63,634 nt of DNA, filler included, from Folioceros fuciformis (GCA_049999805.1; 9 parts of 9 records of this genome joined end to end with filler, not necessarily neighbours in it), one strand, 5' to 3'; shown: positions 34,821-47,229, counted from the first letter of the whole stretch. Numbers and translations: made by a program. Notes: a model not told the origin generated them from the letters alone.

Positions 34821-35018
34821 TCGTTCCACAAGAGAGAGTGTCTCCAACCTTGTTCCCAATGTAATGCAATCTTTGCATTAAGGCATCGTTCCACAAGAGA
34901 GAGTGTCTCCAACCTTGTTCCCAATGTAATGCAATCTTTGCATCAAGGCATCGTTCCACAAGAGAGAGTGTCTCCAACCTTGTTCCCAATGTAATGCAAT
35001 CTTTGCATCAATGCATCG
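34821..35018. repeat. 3 x 65-bp near-perfect tandem repeat
   Basis: Units start at 34821, 34886 and 34951. Confidence 0.95.
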
Positions 35019-35253
35019 CATGACTTGCTTCCTAGAGCTATGGACTTCAACTTACACTTGATGCCCTCACTTAGGATGTTTTCATTACTTTGCTAATTGA
35101 AGGGAAACCTCCTACGTAGAAGAAAACAAAGAAATGCTGCTCTCATCCTCTACNNNNNNNNNNNNNNNNNNNNNNNNNNNNNNNNNNNNNNNNNNNNTTA
35201 ATTAATTAANNNNNNNNNNNNNNNNNNNNNNNNNNNNNNNNNNNNNNNNNNNN

Positions 35254-35685
35254 TGGTTCAGGGACAAGCATTAAGCCGAAGGTTGGATCACAGCGCGAGA
35301 CATCTGGAATCGGTTCAGGATGATTAGCTATGTTATTGACTCTTACAAGTGTTGTGAGAGGGTCAGATTGTATGCTGATTTGAGATAGTTTTTTATTGAG
35401 TATGCCAATTTGTTTCTGAAGGGCAATCTGGTCTTTCTTATAGCTAATGCGTGCAAGGTTTGCTTGGTCTCTTAGGATACCCACACTAAACTTTAGGTTC
35501 CTAATGGTGATGTGATTGGGTGTGAATTGTGGCTGTGGCGATGGCTGCTAGCGGTTTGAGAAGGGGCGCTGGCCGGTGGAACAATGATGCTGAATGAAAC
35601 AATTTGGACAGGATTGCTGGAAAATAAATGGTTGAGGAGGTATATCACATCCTCTGCAGCATCTATGCTTGTTGTTCCGTGTCAT
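35254..35685 (-). CDS. leader ORF-c of copia C (CxxC...CxxC + coiled coil), continues at 41517-41452
   Basis: MTRNNKHRCCRGC...CPNC..HHC, one TAG at 35548-35550, then LQKQIGILNKKLSQI. Confidence 0.55.
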
Positions 35686-35696
35686 GGTGTAACCGC

Positions 35697-35849
35697 CTAG
35701 CGTCTATCCTTCTGTGCTCTTTGCCATTTGCTGAGTGCTTGCCAATACTGCTTCAGAAGGCTGATGTAATTGTTCTTCTCTTCTTCTGTCCAATGTGCAT
35801 TGATGGGAGGTGCGATCCATGTTGGATGCGATACCATAGCATGCTCCAT
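35697..35849 (-). CDS. leader ORF-b of copia C (50 aa, Myb/SANT-like motif)
   Basis: Manual translation MEHAMVSHPTWIAPPINAHWTEEEKNNYISLLKQYWQALSKWQRAQKDRR. Confidence 0.4.
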   Translation of the reverse strand: MEHAMVSHPTWIAPPINAHWTEEEKNNYISLLKQYWQALSKWQRAQKDRR

Positions 35850-35860
35850 GCTGCTGAAGT

Positions 35861-36022
35861 TCAAGAAAGTAATTTTCTAATAGTAGTCCCAAAAGATCTA
35901 ATCCTTGAGATGACTGTAATCACAGATCGCCTAGGGTTGGGGTTACTCTGCACATCAGATGTCGTAACTTTCCAAGTAGATGGTTCAGATCCCATACCAT
36001 AGGGGATCCTGATATTGTCCAT
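35861..36022 (-). CDS. leader ORF-a of copia C (53 aa)
   Basis: ATG 3 nt after the PBS, RSVITVISRIRSFGT. Confidence 0.45.
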   Translation of the reverse strand: MDNIRIPYGMGSEPSTWKVTTSDVQSNPNPRRSVITVISRIRSFGTTIRKLLS

Positions 36023-36373
36023 GGTGCTCTGATACCATAAAGTGGTATTCAGCAGCGATGCACCATCAACCGGGACCTGTACGAGAGCATGAGAGAGCGA
36101 GAGCAAGAAGGCACGAAAGATAACTTCCATAAGTGATCAAGAGACTATAAAAGAGTTTTTGTGTGTAACCGTTTTGTGACCTAAATATAAACCTTGTTCT
36201 ATAAACTTAAGTTGAATATCCGTTGAGTTAGAGTCTGGAAACCCTAACTGAATCCCATTACTCCCCCTCAGACCTAACTCAAAAAGGAATTATCCTGTTT
36301 AGAGCGGCCCGAGGCGTAGACGCTATCTCCACGAACAGCACTGTGAGACTGAACTGCTTAGCTCGTGAGCTCC

Positions 36374-36796
36374 ATGGCAGGTCCTTGCTTGCTATTCACT
36401 GCGCACCTGTTAGAGCTCGCAATCGCGATACTGCTAGCTTGTTGGATCCTGATGCCTGCTAAGCTTGAGGCGCGACACCACAAGGATAGCGGGAGACGCC
36501 ATGCAAAGGTTGCTGTGAGGAAAAGGCGCTTGCTGTTGGAGAGACCTGGAGTCGAAGTCCCGAGGAGAAGACAGAGGCCACTAGAACCTTCTTGCGCTTG
36601 CATCAGGGTCGCGAGAGAAGCTGAGCGGGCTGTCTTCATGGCAGCGTGCAGGCTGCCGCTTCCCGACGATCAAAACCACAGTCTGCAGCAGGGGTACTCA
36701 AGAAGCAAAAAAGGGGTGATGAGGGCAGCTGGTCCTGATTGTATTACCTTTATGCTTCATCCAGGACTGACAGCTGCTTGTGATATGTGTGTGTAG
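36374..36796 (+). CDS. putative antisense ORF (N-terminal TM + Arg-rich tail) in the 3' region of copia C
   Basis: 140-aa ATG ORF, LLELAIAILLACWILM followed by basic clusters. Confidence 0.4.
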   Translation: MAGPCLLFTAHLLELAIAILLACWILMPAKLEARHHKDSGRRHAKVAVRKRRLLLERPGVEVPRRRQRPLEPSCACIRVAREAERAVFMAACRLPLPDDQNHSLQQGYSRSKKGVMRAAGPDCITFMLHPGLTAACDMCV

Positions 36797-36914
36797 GCCT
36801 CGCTCCAGAGATAATCTTGTGCGTCACACACAGAGAGTGTGCCTTGCGAGGATGCCCAAACTCCGCTGTGGCGTCCTAGCTCAGCCGTTTCTGCTACTCT
36901 GCCATGAGCCCATG

Positions 36915-39900
36915 TTACTGTTGGTTGAGATAAGTCCTTGTACTTCTTAAGCCTAGGGAGCTTCTGTGTTGCTCATGTGTAGCTTTTGGGAGGCCCTTAG
37001 TCAGCAGGTCTGCAACGTTGTCTGCTGTATGAACATATTGCAATTTGATAACTCCTGTTTCCACTGCTTGGTGGATAAAATGAAATTGGATCTCGATATG
37101 CTTAGATCGAGCATGCAGGATGGGATTTGCAGTGAGGGCAATAGCTGATTGGTTATCGCATTGCATCAGTGTTGCATCTGGTTGCTGCCAATGTATGCCA
37201 TCAAGAAATTGCCTAACCCACATGATCTCGCATGCAGCTAGGGACAGTGCTCCGTATTCAGCCTCGGTTGAGGAGAGGCTAACTGTGGTCAATTTCTTCG
37301 ACTGCCAACTGATGGCTAAACCACAGAGGATCAAACAGTATGCAGCTATGGACTTACGTGAATCTACGTCACCTGCCCAATCCGCATCCAAGTAGGAGGT
37401 AAGGGTTGAACTTCCTGCTGCAGTATATTGAATAAAATAGTCCTAAGTGCCCTTGAGATAGCGTAGGACTCTCTTAACTGCGGTCCAGTGCTTCCTGCCA
37501 GGGTTAGCGAGGAAACGTGACACGACACCTATAGCTTGAGAGATGTCAGGGCACGTCCAACTAGCTAAGTATAACAAGCTACCTACAGCTTCTCTATAGG
37601 GAACTTGAGCCATTTCAGCACAATCTGCAGGGGTAGTTGGACAGTCTTCTATAGATAGCCTATCTCCAGCAACTATGGGTGTTGTGACTAGATGCAGATC
37701 TGTAAGGTTAAATTTAAGCAGCAGTTGTTTGATGAAGTGAGACTGATGGATTGTGACGCAGGTTCTATCTAGACTAAAATTGAATTGGATGCCGAGGGCA
37801 AATTTCATGGGACCCACATCTGTCATGTCCCACTCTTGGGACAGTTCATGCTTCATGTCCTTAAGAATTTGATCATCACTTGCGAAAAGGAAATTGTCGT
37901 CAACGTAAAGGGCAATGATGCATAACTGCGTTGTCCTCTTCAAGACATATACACTACAGTCCACCATAAGAGGTAAGAATCCAATTTGTCGCAGTTTGGT
38001 TGTTGCCCTTGTGTTCCAGATGCGAGCAGATTGCTTCAGGCCGTATATTGACTTCAGTAATTTGCATACCTTTGTAGGATCACGAATGTAGCCCTCGGGC
38101 TGATGCATAAATATAACCTCATCAAGAGGACCATTCAAGAAGGCAGTCTTGACGTCCATCTGATGGATGAGAAGCTTGTGCTTCACTGCATAGCATAAGA
38201 GTATCCTCATGGAAGTTGGTTTCACAACTGGACTGAAAGTTTCGTTGTAATCTAGACCATGCACCTGAGTGTAGCCTCGGGCTACCATACGTGCCTTAAA
38301 TCGAGCAACAGTGCCATCAGGGTGAAGTTTCAATTTGAACACCCATTTCGAAGTGATGCCACGCCTACCAGGAGGTAAGGTAACAAGCTCCCATGTTTTG
38401 TTGTCAATTAGGCTTGCATATTCTGAGTCAATAGCTTTCTTCCATTCTGCCTTGTAAGGCCCTGACAAAGCTTCCTTATATGTGAGAGGTGTTTCTGGAG
38501 GGTCAAGGATGGTTGCTGCTGCAGCATGTGCTAGGGCTGCTAAGTTTGTATGAGGTAAGGTCTGAACTAAGGTATCACCAGGTTCATAAGGTTTCTCTAA
38601 CCACTCATGTCTAGGGCAATGAGTTCTGGTTGATCTTCGTAGAGAAGGTATCTCCTGTTCTATTGCAGGAAACTGTTCGGGTTCGATGGGATATATAATA
38701 GCATCTCATGTATCTGGATCGTGTGCAGGAGGTTCTGCAGCTTGGAAATCATCCAGGCGCTGTATAGGGTCAGGTTCGACTTGTGCTATAGGAGGAGGTG
38801 GCTGAACAGAAGCTGGAGGTAGTTGCTATTGTGGAATTACAGGGGCAATGGCAAATTCAGGTAAGTCTGAAGGAAAAACAGAGATGTCTGTGCCTACCTC
38901 GTCATCTGTAGGGGTGTGTCCATGTATAGATTGTGCTGAGAGAGGCTTGTGTCTTGTGACAGATTCGTGATGAGAGGAAACTATAAAGCTCTCGTTGAAG
39001 CTCACACTTCTAGCCAAAGTAAGCTGTCTTGTTTGTGGATTATAGAGTTTGTAGCCTTTCGCTTGTTCTGAATAACCCACAAATACATGTTTAGTAGCCT
39101 TGTTGTCCATCTTACCCCTTTTGTCTGCTGGGATGTAGGCGTACGCTGCTGCACCAAAAATTCTGAGGTGTTCGATTCTTGGTTTGTGACCACACCATCG
39201 CTCGAAGGGAGTGTAACTGAATGAAGGCTTAATGGGAAGCCTGTTGTGTACATAATTCACGGCTGCTACAGCCTCAGCCCAATACCCTCGGGTAAGCCCA
39301 GCTGAGGAAAGGGTGGCTCGACAGCGTTCTTGCAACGTGCGATTGTACCTCTCTGCATAACTGTTCTGAGCTGGGTGGTATGGAACTGTAAGCTGGTGAA
39401 GTATACCTTTTTGTCTGCAGCATGACTGAAATTCATTGCTAAGGTATTCCAAAGCGTTATCACTTCTAAGTTTCTTCATTGTACGTCCAGTTTGGGTTTC
39501 TGCCATTTGTACATAGTCGACAAACTTTTCATAGGTTTGGTGACGGTGATGCAGAAAATACAGGCAGCAGTAGTGACTCCATTTGTCAAGGAACAGCAAG
39601 AAATATGTGGCGCCACCAAAGGAGGTAGTCGACATTGGCCCACAGATGTCTGAATGCACGACATCCAACAAACCTGCTGCTTTGGTGGGCTCTGGATCAT
39701 TGTATGGCTTCTGTGCCATTTTGCCAATCTGGCAATCTTCACAAAAAAGGTGATCCTGTACTTTGAAAGAGATTGGGTCTTTGTATAGTTTTGGGTTGCT
39801 GATTATCTGACGAATGTACGTGATGCTCGGGTGACACAATCTGCTGTGCCAAAGAAAGCTCTTGTCAACATCTGATTTTGCATCAACTACTAAACCACGA

Positions 39901-41266
39901 GGTTGTGCTACAGTAGTATCGAATTGATACAAGTCATTGTAAGTGATTCCTTCCCCAAGTATTTGAGAATGGTTGTTTGCTGATGTCACCACACAGCCTG
40001 CTGGTGAAAAACATATACGCAGATCATGGTCTGCTACAAGTTTCCTCACTGATAACAAGTTCTTCGTCATGCTAGGTACATGGAGAACGCCTAAGAGCAG
40101 AATTTCCTGTCCCCCATTGAGAGGAAACAGCACATCTCCATAGCCAGCAATAGCCAAACCACTATCATCGCCAAGTAAGACGAACTAGCTGGTTGGCGCC
40201 AACTTGTAAGTGACAAACTTGTCCTTCAATAGGCAGATGTGATGTGTGGCTTCTGAATCCAGGAACCACATGTTAGTAACAGCTTGTGTGAGGGATAAAC
40301 ATACCGCGAGAATGGTTGGCGGCTTGGCAGCTATCTGTGTGCCATTGGTCTGTCTGCGAGTCACTACATGTGACTCTGCACCGGGAGGTGCATCACGGCG
40401 AGGCTCTCCGGCTCGCTTCTTCCGGCATTCTGATTCGAAATGCCCTGGAATTTTGCACCAATGACATGTGCCTTTTTTCTTCAGACCAGGATTGAAGGAG
40501 GAGGGTGCTGTATATGGTCGTCCTCGTCCACGACCTCGCCCTCGACTACGTCCTCTGAAGGTGTAGAGGACTTGAGAGGTATATTGTTGACCTCGTCCAG
40601 TAGCAATTCTGCTGGACTCTTCTTCCAAAAGCGCACCAACCACTTGTGATAAGGTGACTTTCGCTCCTGCTTGATGTGTGAAGGATGTTTGCGTAGTTAC
40701 AAAAGCTCTGTAGCTTTGGGGCAGTGATGTAAGGAGGACAGTCACTGCTTGCTTCTCCGACAAGACCTCTCCACAGGATGATAGCTTGGCGCGCAAGGTC
40801 CCGAACCTGTGCTATCATTATCTTTCATTCGGAGACCATAAAGCTGTCTTGTAGCATTAATGAGAGACATGCCATCCTTGGCTGCAAACATGTCCTTAAA
40901 CAATGTCCAAATCTCCGCAGCAGTTTTCTGCCCTAAGGTATGTTGGATCATGTTTCTGTCAAGAGCAGCAATTAGGATGCAGCGTGCTCTTTTATCTTGC
41001 TTTGTCCATACTTCGATCTCTGCTGAAGTGCCTTTAGGTGTGGCTAATGCTGGATTTGTTATCTTGCCAAGCACTATGTCCAGAAGATCGTGTTCATCGA
41101 AGATGGACTCCATGCGAAGTTCCCAAATTGGGTAATCGGTTCCATTGAACCTGTCTTTGTCCTTTATGTCAACCTTAAAAGTGTTGTTAGTATTGTTTAT
41201 TACAGTGTTTGTGGCAGTGCCACCACCTCCTCCATTGCTACTTCCACCACCTCCACTACCAGACAT
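36915..41266 (-). pseudogene. copia C gag-pol with stops and one frameshift near 40800
   Basis: IKDKDRFNG, CHWCKIPGHFESEC, WFLDSEAT, HSDICGP, RSDNA, MDVKTAFL, YVDD, DADWAG. Confidence 0.95.
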
Positions 41267-41664
41267 GATTGGTTTGGGTGGCGTGTGTCTACGAGGTTCT
41301 CTAGGCAACCTGTGTGGAGGAGACCACATATACTAATGTACTAATCCCATGTGTGCGGGGTGGAAATTGGGGGCGTGATTTGCATAACTAGGAAATTCTG
41401 CTGAACTCCTCAACTTTCCTTCCCGGACTCTACCTAACAGTCTTAGGGTTGCTACAGAATTAATGGTTCAGGGTCCTGACCAAACATTCTAGCTATACAC
41501 CCTAAAATCTCTTCTGTTGGTTCAGGGACAAGCATTAAGCCGAAGGTTGGATCACAGCGCGAGANNNNNNNNNNNNNNNNNNNNNNNNNNNNNNNNNNNN
41601 NNNNNNNNTTAATTAATTAANNNNNNNNNNNNNNNNNNNNNNNNNNNNNNNNNNNNNNNNNNNN

Positions 41665-44642
41665 AGCAAGCTTCCATCCTTAGCTTGCTTCGTATAGAGG
41701 CAATGATCCTCATCGCTACGTTTGTAGCCTTGAGAAAGCATAAACGAGTGGAATTTGAAATACCACTCCCTAGGTGCCTGCATCAAACCATAAAGGCTTT
41801 TCTTTAACCTGCACACCAGACTCTCTTTGCCCTTCTCAATGAAACCCTCTGATTGCTGCATGTATACCTCTTCCTGGAGATCACCATGCAGAAATGCCAA
41901 CTTCACATCCATCTGAATAAGTTCCATGTCGTGTCTCGCAACCAGACCAAGGACTCATCGCAAGGTGGTCATTTTGACAACTGGCGAGAAAATCTCATCC
42001 AAGTCAATACCTTGCTGTTGCTTAAAACCCTTAGCAACCAATCGTGCCTTGTACTTGGGTTTGCCATAATGGGGCATGTCCTTCATCTTATACACCCATT
42101 TGCATGGCAACGCCTTCTTGCCCTTAGGCAACCGAACCAACTCCCAAGTTTGGTTCTTGTGGAGCGAATCCATCTGCAACTGCATCGCCTTCTCCCACTT
42201 GTCCTTGTCAGTCACTGACATGGTCTCTTGGTAACAAGAGGGCTCCCCACAATCCGTTAGCATGATATAATCAAGAGATGCAACATACCTGTCGGGAGGA
42301 TGTGAGATCCTTCCTGACCTACGAAGCATTGGCGCCTCGACCGGAGCTGGTTGCACTCTCTCCTCTTGTACAAGTGGAGGAACTTGTTCCTACACATCAC
42401 GACGTTCAACCTGTGCGGGACGGTCAAATCCATCTTCTTGAAAGACCACCCATCGCACTTCCACTGTTGGAGTAGGCTTCTTGTGCATCTTGGTCTCATT
42501 GAAGAACACGTCATTGTTGCGAACCATCCTCTTGGCCTCTGGATCCCACAGACGGTATCCCATCTCACCAGATTCACCATAGCCAAGAAAAATACATTTC
42601 TTGGACTTGGGAGTCAACTTGTCCCGAAATTCCTTCAGAACATGGTAGTACACCTCGCAGCCAAACACTCGTAGATGCTTGTATGACGGCTTCTTTCCAT
42701 ACCACATCTTCTTTGGAACCTGTTCATCCACAGCCCTATTAGGAGATCTGTTAATAAGATGCACCGCAGTAGCCACTGCTTCTGCCCAAAATCTATTAGG
42801 CAATCTAGAGTTTGACAACAAACAACGCATCCTCTTCTAGATGGTCCTGTTCATCCGTTCAGCCACACCATTCTGGGGAGGAGTATACGGCGTAGTCAAT
42901 TCTCTCTTGATTCCCTTAGAATCACAGAATGACTGGAAAGCCTTCGAGACATACTCTCCCCCATTGTCTGTCCTTAGACACTTCAGTCGGTGGCCAGACT
43001 GATTCTCCACAAGGGTGACGAATTTCCGAAACACTGTCAGAACATCATCCTTTTTCCTCAAAGGATAAACCCACACCTTGCGTGAGAAGTCATCAATGAA
43101 AGTGACAAAATAGGATGCACCGCCTAACAATACAGTGGGCATGGGTCCACAAACTTCACTGTGAACCAATTCAAGAGGTTTACTTTTGTGTTTACTTCTT
43201 GCTCCATGTGGTGATTTCGTCTGTTTCCCATACAAACAATGCTCACACATGGAGAAATCGGAGAAGTCAAAAGCAGGGACGTAACCAAAACGAGATAGTA
43301 TCTTCATTCCTTTTTGAGACATATGTCCTAACCGACTATGCCACAAGGAAACACTGGGCTGTTCCATTACACAGATCACATGATCCTTTATAGTGGTTAC
43401 CTGAAGTGAGTACAAAGTGCCACACTTCGATCCACGAGCTACCACAAGAGAACCTTTGGAGACCTTCGAAGAATTATCTCCAAACCAACAATGGTGGCCA
43501 GCGTCATCCAACTGCCCTGCGCTAATCATGCTTTTTGTCAACTTCGGAACATGCCTAACATCCTTCAATGTGAATGAAGATCCGTTGTCGAACTTCAATT
43601 GCACATCACCAACGCCTGCAATCTCGCACGCGTAGTTATTTCCAAGCCAAACACATCCATCCTTTCCTAGTAGCATCATAAGTGCTAAACCACTCCCTAT
43701 GCGGAGTAACTTGGAAAGATGCTCCAGGGTCAATTATCCAATTAGAGAATAAGTGACTCTCCACGGCTGTCAGTTGTGCAGAATCGAAGGAAGAAGAGAT
43801 AAGAACATCTCCATCGTCAACAGAGTTCACCTCATCATGCTTGATACTCGGACTTGCCTTGTTGTCGCTCTGCTTCTTCTCCTTTCCTTTGTCCTTCTTG
43901 AACTTCTCGCAGTCCTTCCTGATGTGACCTTTCTTGTGGCAATGGTAATACTCAACATTGTTACGACTACGAGATTTGCTACGGGAAGAACTTCGCTCCT
44001 TGTACTTCCCCTTTGAAGTGGACCTTCCTCTCACCATGAGGGCATTGGAACCTTTCGAAGGTTCCATATTCTTCCTGTTCACCTCCTCTATTAACAGGCT
44101 ACCTTCTACATTTACAACGGTAAGACCACTGGCAGGAGCGGAATTACTCAGAGCTGTACGAAAGATGTCCCAGCTCTCTGGTAATGTGACCAACAAAAAC
44201 ATAGCATTCACGGAATCTGGGAACGAGATACCTTGAGATGAGAGCTGGCTGAAAATGGTATTGAACTCGTTCAGATGATCGGACATCCTCGTCCCTTTCT
44301 TCGTCTTCAAGTCCACCAGCTATTTCAACCAGTACACCTAGAAGCCGCACTTTGCTTCTCATACAGGTCACACAACTTTTGCTATAGCTCGTATCTTGTG
44401 GTCTTGTCTTTCCCGTTGAAGTAGACCGACTTCGACAATGTTAGCATGATGGTAGACTTAGCAAGCTCATCTAGATCCTGCCACTCATCCTGAGTCATGC
44501 TAACAGGTTTCACTCCTAGCAACTTTATCGGCTTGATTTGCTTCTTCTGCACTAGAACATTATACACTTGTTCTTTCCAGAATAGGAAGTTAGTACCATC
44601 TAACTTCTCGATATTGAACATGACGTTTTCTAAGGACGTCAT
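41665..44642 (-). pseudogene. copia D gag-pol with stops and frameshifts
   Basis: Fragmented ORFs 44382-44642, 43636-44316, 42837-43733, 42390-42830, 41955-42356 and 41665-41927. Confidence 0.92.
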
Positions 44643-45483
44643 GATTCAAAAATCGATGCAAATCAACTAAAAGGCTAGTTAGAAAACAGTCGGAATGTAA
44701 TGTAGATTCTCAAAGTTACCCTCACAACTTGTTCCAAATCGGATGTCTACAACTTGGGCTTCGATCGCTCACAACTGGAATGTCTCCCATCGTCCGATCG
44801 AGATCCTGACTTCCGCGGTCAGGGTCAGTTCGGCGCCCACACCCTCGCTCTTGGCGTCTACGCTCTCAACGACCGCGATTCGTCCGCTTTCCGGCGTCTG
44901 TCTAGCGCGCTTGGCGCCCGGCTAGATCCTTGCCTCGCTGGTGCCCCGCTGGCGAATGGCTGCCGTCCAGGTGTCGCCCCGCTGACGCCCCGTTGGTGCT
45001 CGGGTGGCGCCTGGGTGGTGCCCCGCTGGCGCCCTAGCCGGCGCCGCACCCTAACCGGCGACCTAGCCGCCGCGGCGGCTATGCCCTAGCCGGCGGCCGG
45101 CTCCCTTGCTCCTCCTCAATGTCCATCTTCTTGCCTTGTGCCTCCGTTCGTAGTACCTACAATAGAACAACCATCTTGCTCCACACCCTAGCTCTGATAC
45201 CACTTGAAGGATCGCTAGAGCAACATGGTGAAGGAGAGGAGAGGAGGAGTCAAGGAGGAGAGGAGAAAAAGAGGTCACACTCTCACAAAAGGTCTCAATA
45301 GGCAAGAGAGAGCTCAAGGGGGTATTTATACCCTCTAGAAGAGCTCCCTAGGAAGCTTCACAAGAAGCGCACAGGAAGCTGCGCAAGAAGCTTCCTACAG
45401 ATTAGCTTAAGCTAATCTAAACTAATGATACTTAACTAGACACTAATCTTAGACTAAACACATTGGGCTTTAATAACCCTACA
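41665..45483 (-). mobile_element. Ty1/copia element D (Tork/Tnt1-like), cut at the contig end within RT
   Basis: LTR 45205-45483 (TGTAGG...TCA), iMet PBS 45191-45202, IEKLDGTNF gag, INT RTDNGGEY, RT start. Confidence 0.9.
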
Positions 45484-45677
45484 TAGAGAAGGCAAAGAAG
45501 AAGACTGCCACAATTATCTCACAGATCCCTGCAAGATCTTAGGCCAAAGATGGGAAATGAGATTTGATAACAGAAGAATTCAAAGACTTATTGAAATAGT
45601 TCGGTGCCAAGGGATACAATACAGCAAAGGCCAAGTGTCATTCCATGCTTTGCCTTGGTAGGATCACCGTCGTGACC

Positions 45678-45942
45678 TTCTATGGTGGCAAAACCCCAGG
45701 CATTGTTTGCCAACAGGTTCGTCCTTTAGCGGCCACACTTATCCCACTATCGTCAAGACATTGGGTTTCGTTCCCACGAAGGAGCGATGGGGTTCCTCAT
45801 TGCTATGGATGGAGGGTCGGACTCAGTCAACTTGATGACGGATTCAAGGGCTCCCCTCCAGCTCCGATCAGGCGTGGGACAGTCCTCACTATCCAGCGGT
45901 CGATTGCACCTCTCTCGGTGCCCACAAATTCACTCCAATCAC
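45678..45942. repeat. second copy of the 24880-25146 repeat
   Basis: Direct similarity. Confidence 0.85.
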
Positions 45943-46410
45943 GTATTAAATACATATCAAATATATAGGAGGGGGTGTGTGTGTGCGTATATGGACCGTA
46001 TACATACCTACAACCATTTAATACGGGTAAAGGGAGGGACGGGAAGCGCGATGGCAAAGGAGGGCGGCAGGCAAATAGAAACTGGGGGGGAATGGCTGCG
46101 GCGGCTGGCGGGCTGGATCGCCCTACCACGGGCGGTGGCGGGATTGATCTACAATGTCGCAGCGAGGGCAGGTAAGCACTCTTGCAGCGTCGCCGGTTGC
46201 AGGAGTTGGATCAGGGCTAGATTGGGGAGCGTAGAGGGGATCGACGGCACTGGCGGGGGGAGGGGGGGGAGCATTTCCCAACAGCGGTTGAATGGCGCCG
46301 CAACGGCGGTGAGATTGCTGGCGGACCATAATCTAGCGGCGCCCCGGGGCTGCAGAACAGGCCTCGATGGCCCAGAATCAGGATGGGGCTAGTAGCTGGG
46401 ATTGGATCAA

Positions 46411-46580
46411 GGAGATGGGGGGAAACGTCGCGCTGCACCAGGGTGCTACTACAGGATCATGGCTGCGGAGATGGGGGGAAACGTCGCGCTGCACCAGGGT
46501 GCTACTACAGGATCATGGCTGCGGAGATGGGGGGAAACGTCGCGCTACACCAGGGTGCTACTACAGGATCATGGCTGCGG
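46411..46580. repeat. 3 x 56-bp tandem repeat
   Basis: Units start at 46411, 46467 and 46523. Confidence 0.95.
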
Positions 46581-47229
46581 GCAAGCAGGGGGGACAGCAG
46601 CGGGAGTGCGCATGGTGATGGGAAATCAGCCTAGCAGTGCTAGCGCGCTGCCTACCTAGAGGTCTCGGGCTGTAGCGGGCTGGAAATCGGGCTGAGCTTG
46701 GAGTTGGGGATAGAGCAGGATCCAACGCTCTTTGGCTAACAGCGAGATGGGAAAAGTGGAGAGAATGCGAGGGGGGGGGGGGGAAGAAAAAAATAGGAAA
46801 CATAGCAAGCAGCTCTTCCAGCGCAATGGAAGAGACCTTGGCAGCTTGCAGGTTCCTCTGGTCTACTTTGCCAATAGAATCTGAAGCCCGTGCCCCGCCC
46901 TCCTGCCTACAGCTTGAATCCATGGAGAAAACAGGACGGGGAGATTGAGAAGGAATGGGGCAAAGAGGAAGCAAGGACAAGAGGAGAATGGAGGAGAAAG
47001 GAGGAAGGGAGGAAGAGAGGGAGGGAGAGGAATGGGGATGGGAGCAGCCCGCAGCCCGGCCCTAGCGAGGGTGAGCACTCATGGCCGTTTACTCCATTAT
47101 GCAACCCTGTCAGCTAGCCAGACCACCCAGACATATCCCATATTCCCGCTTCTAGGATCAAATAATTATTTAATTATTCCATTGTTTATTATTATTTAAT
47201 ATTAGTAAACAATGGAATCCGCACCCTCC

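Larger units (their letters stand above)
35254..41564 (-). mobile_element. Ty1/copia element C, circularly permuted contig with a single LTR
   Basis: Minus-strand order is gag-pol, PPT (36261-36268), LTR (~36040-36260), iMet PBS (36026-36037), leader ORFs. Contig ends share 47 identical bp. Confidence 0.92.

Noticed and set aside
34821-35018. CRISPR-like appearance of regular repeats (also 25567-25740, 46411-46580, 7130-7800)
   Set aside because: Head-to-tail units without unique spacers, no cas genes, eukaryotic context
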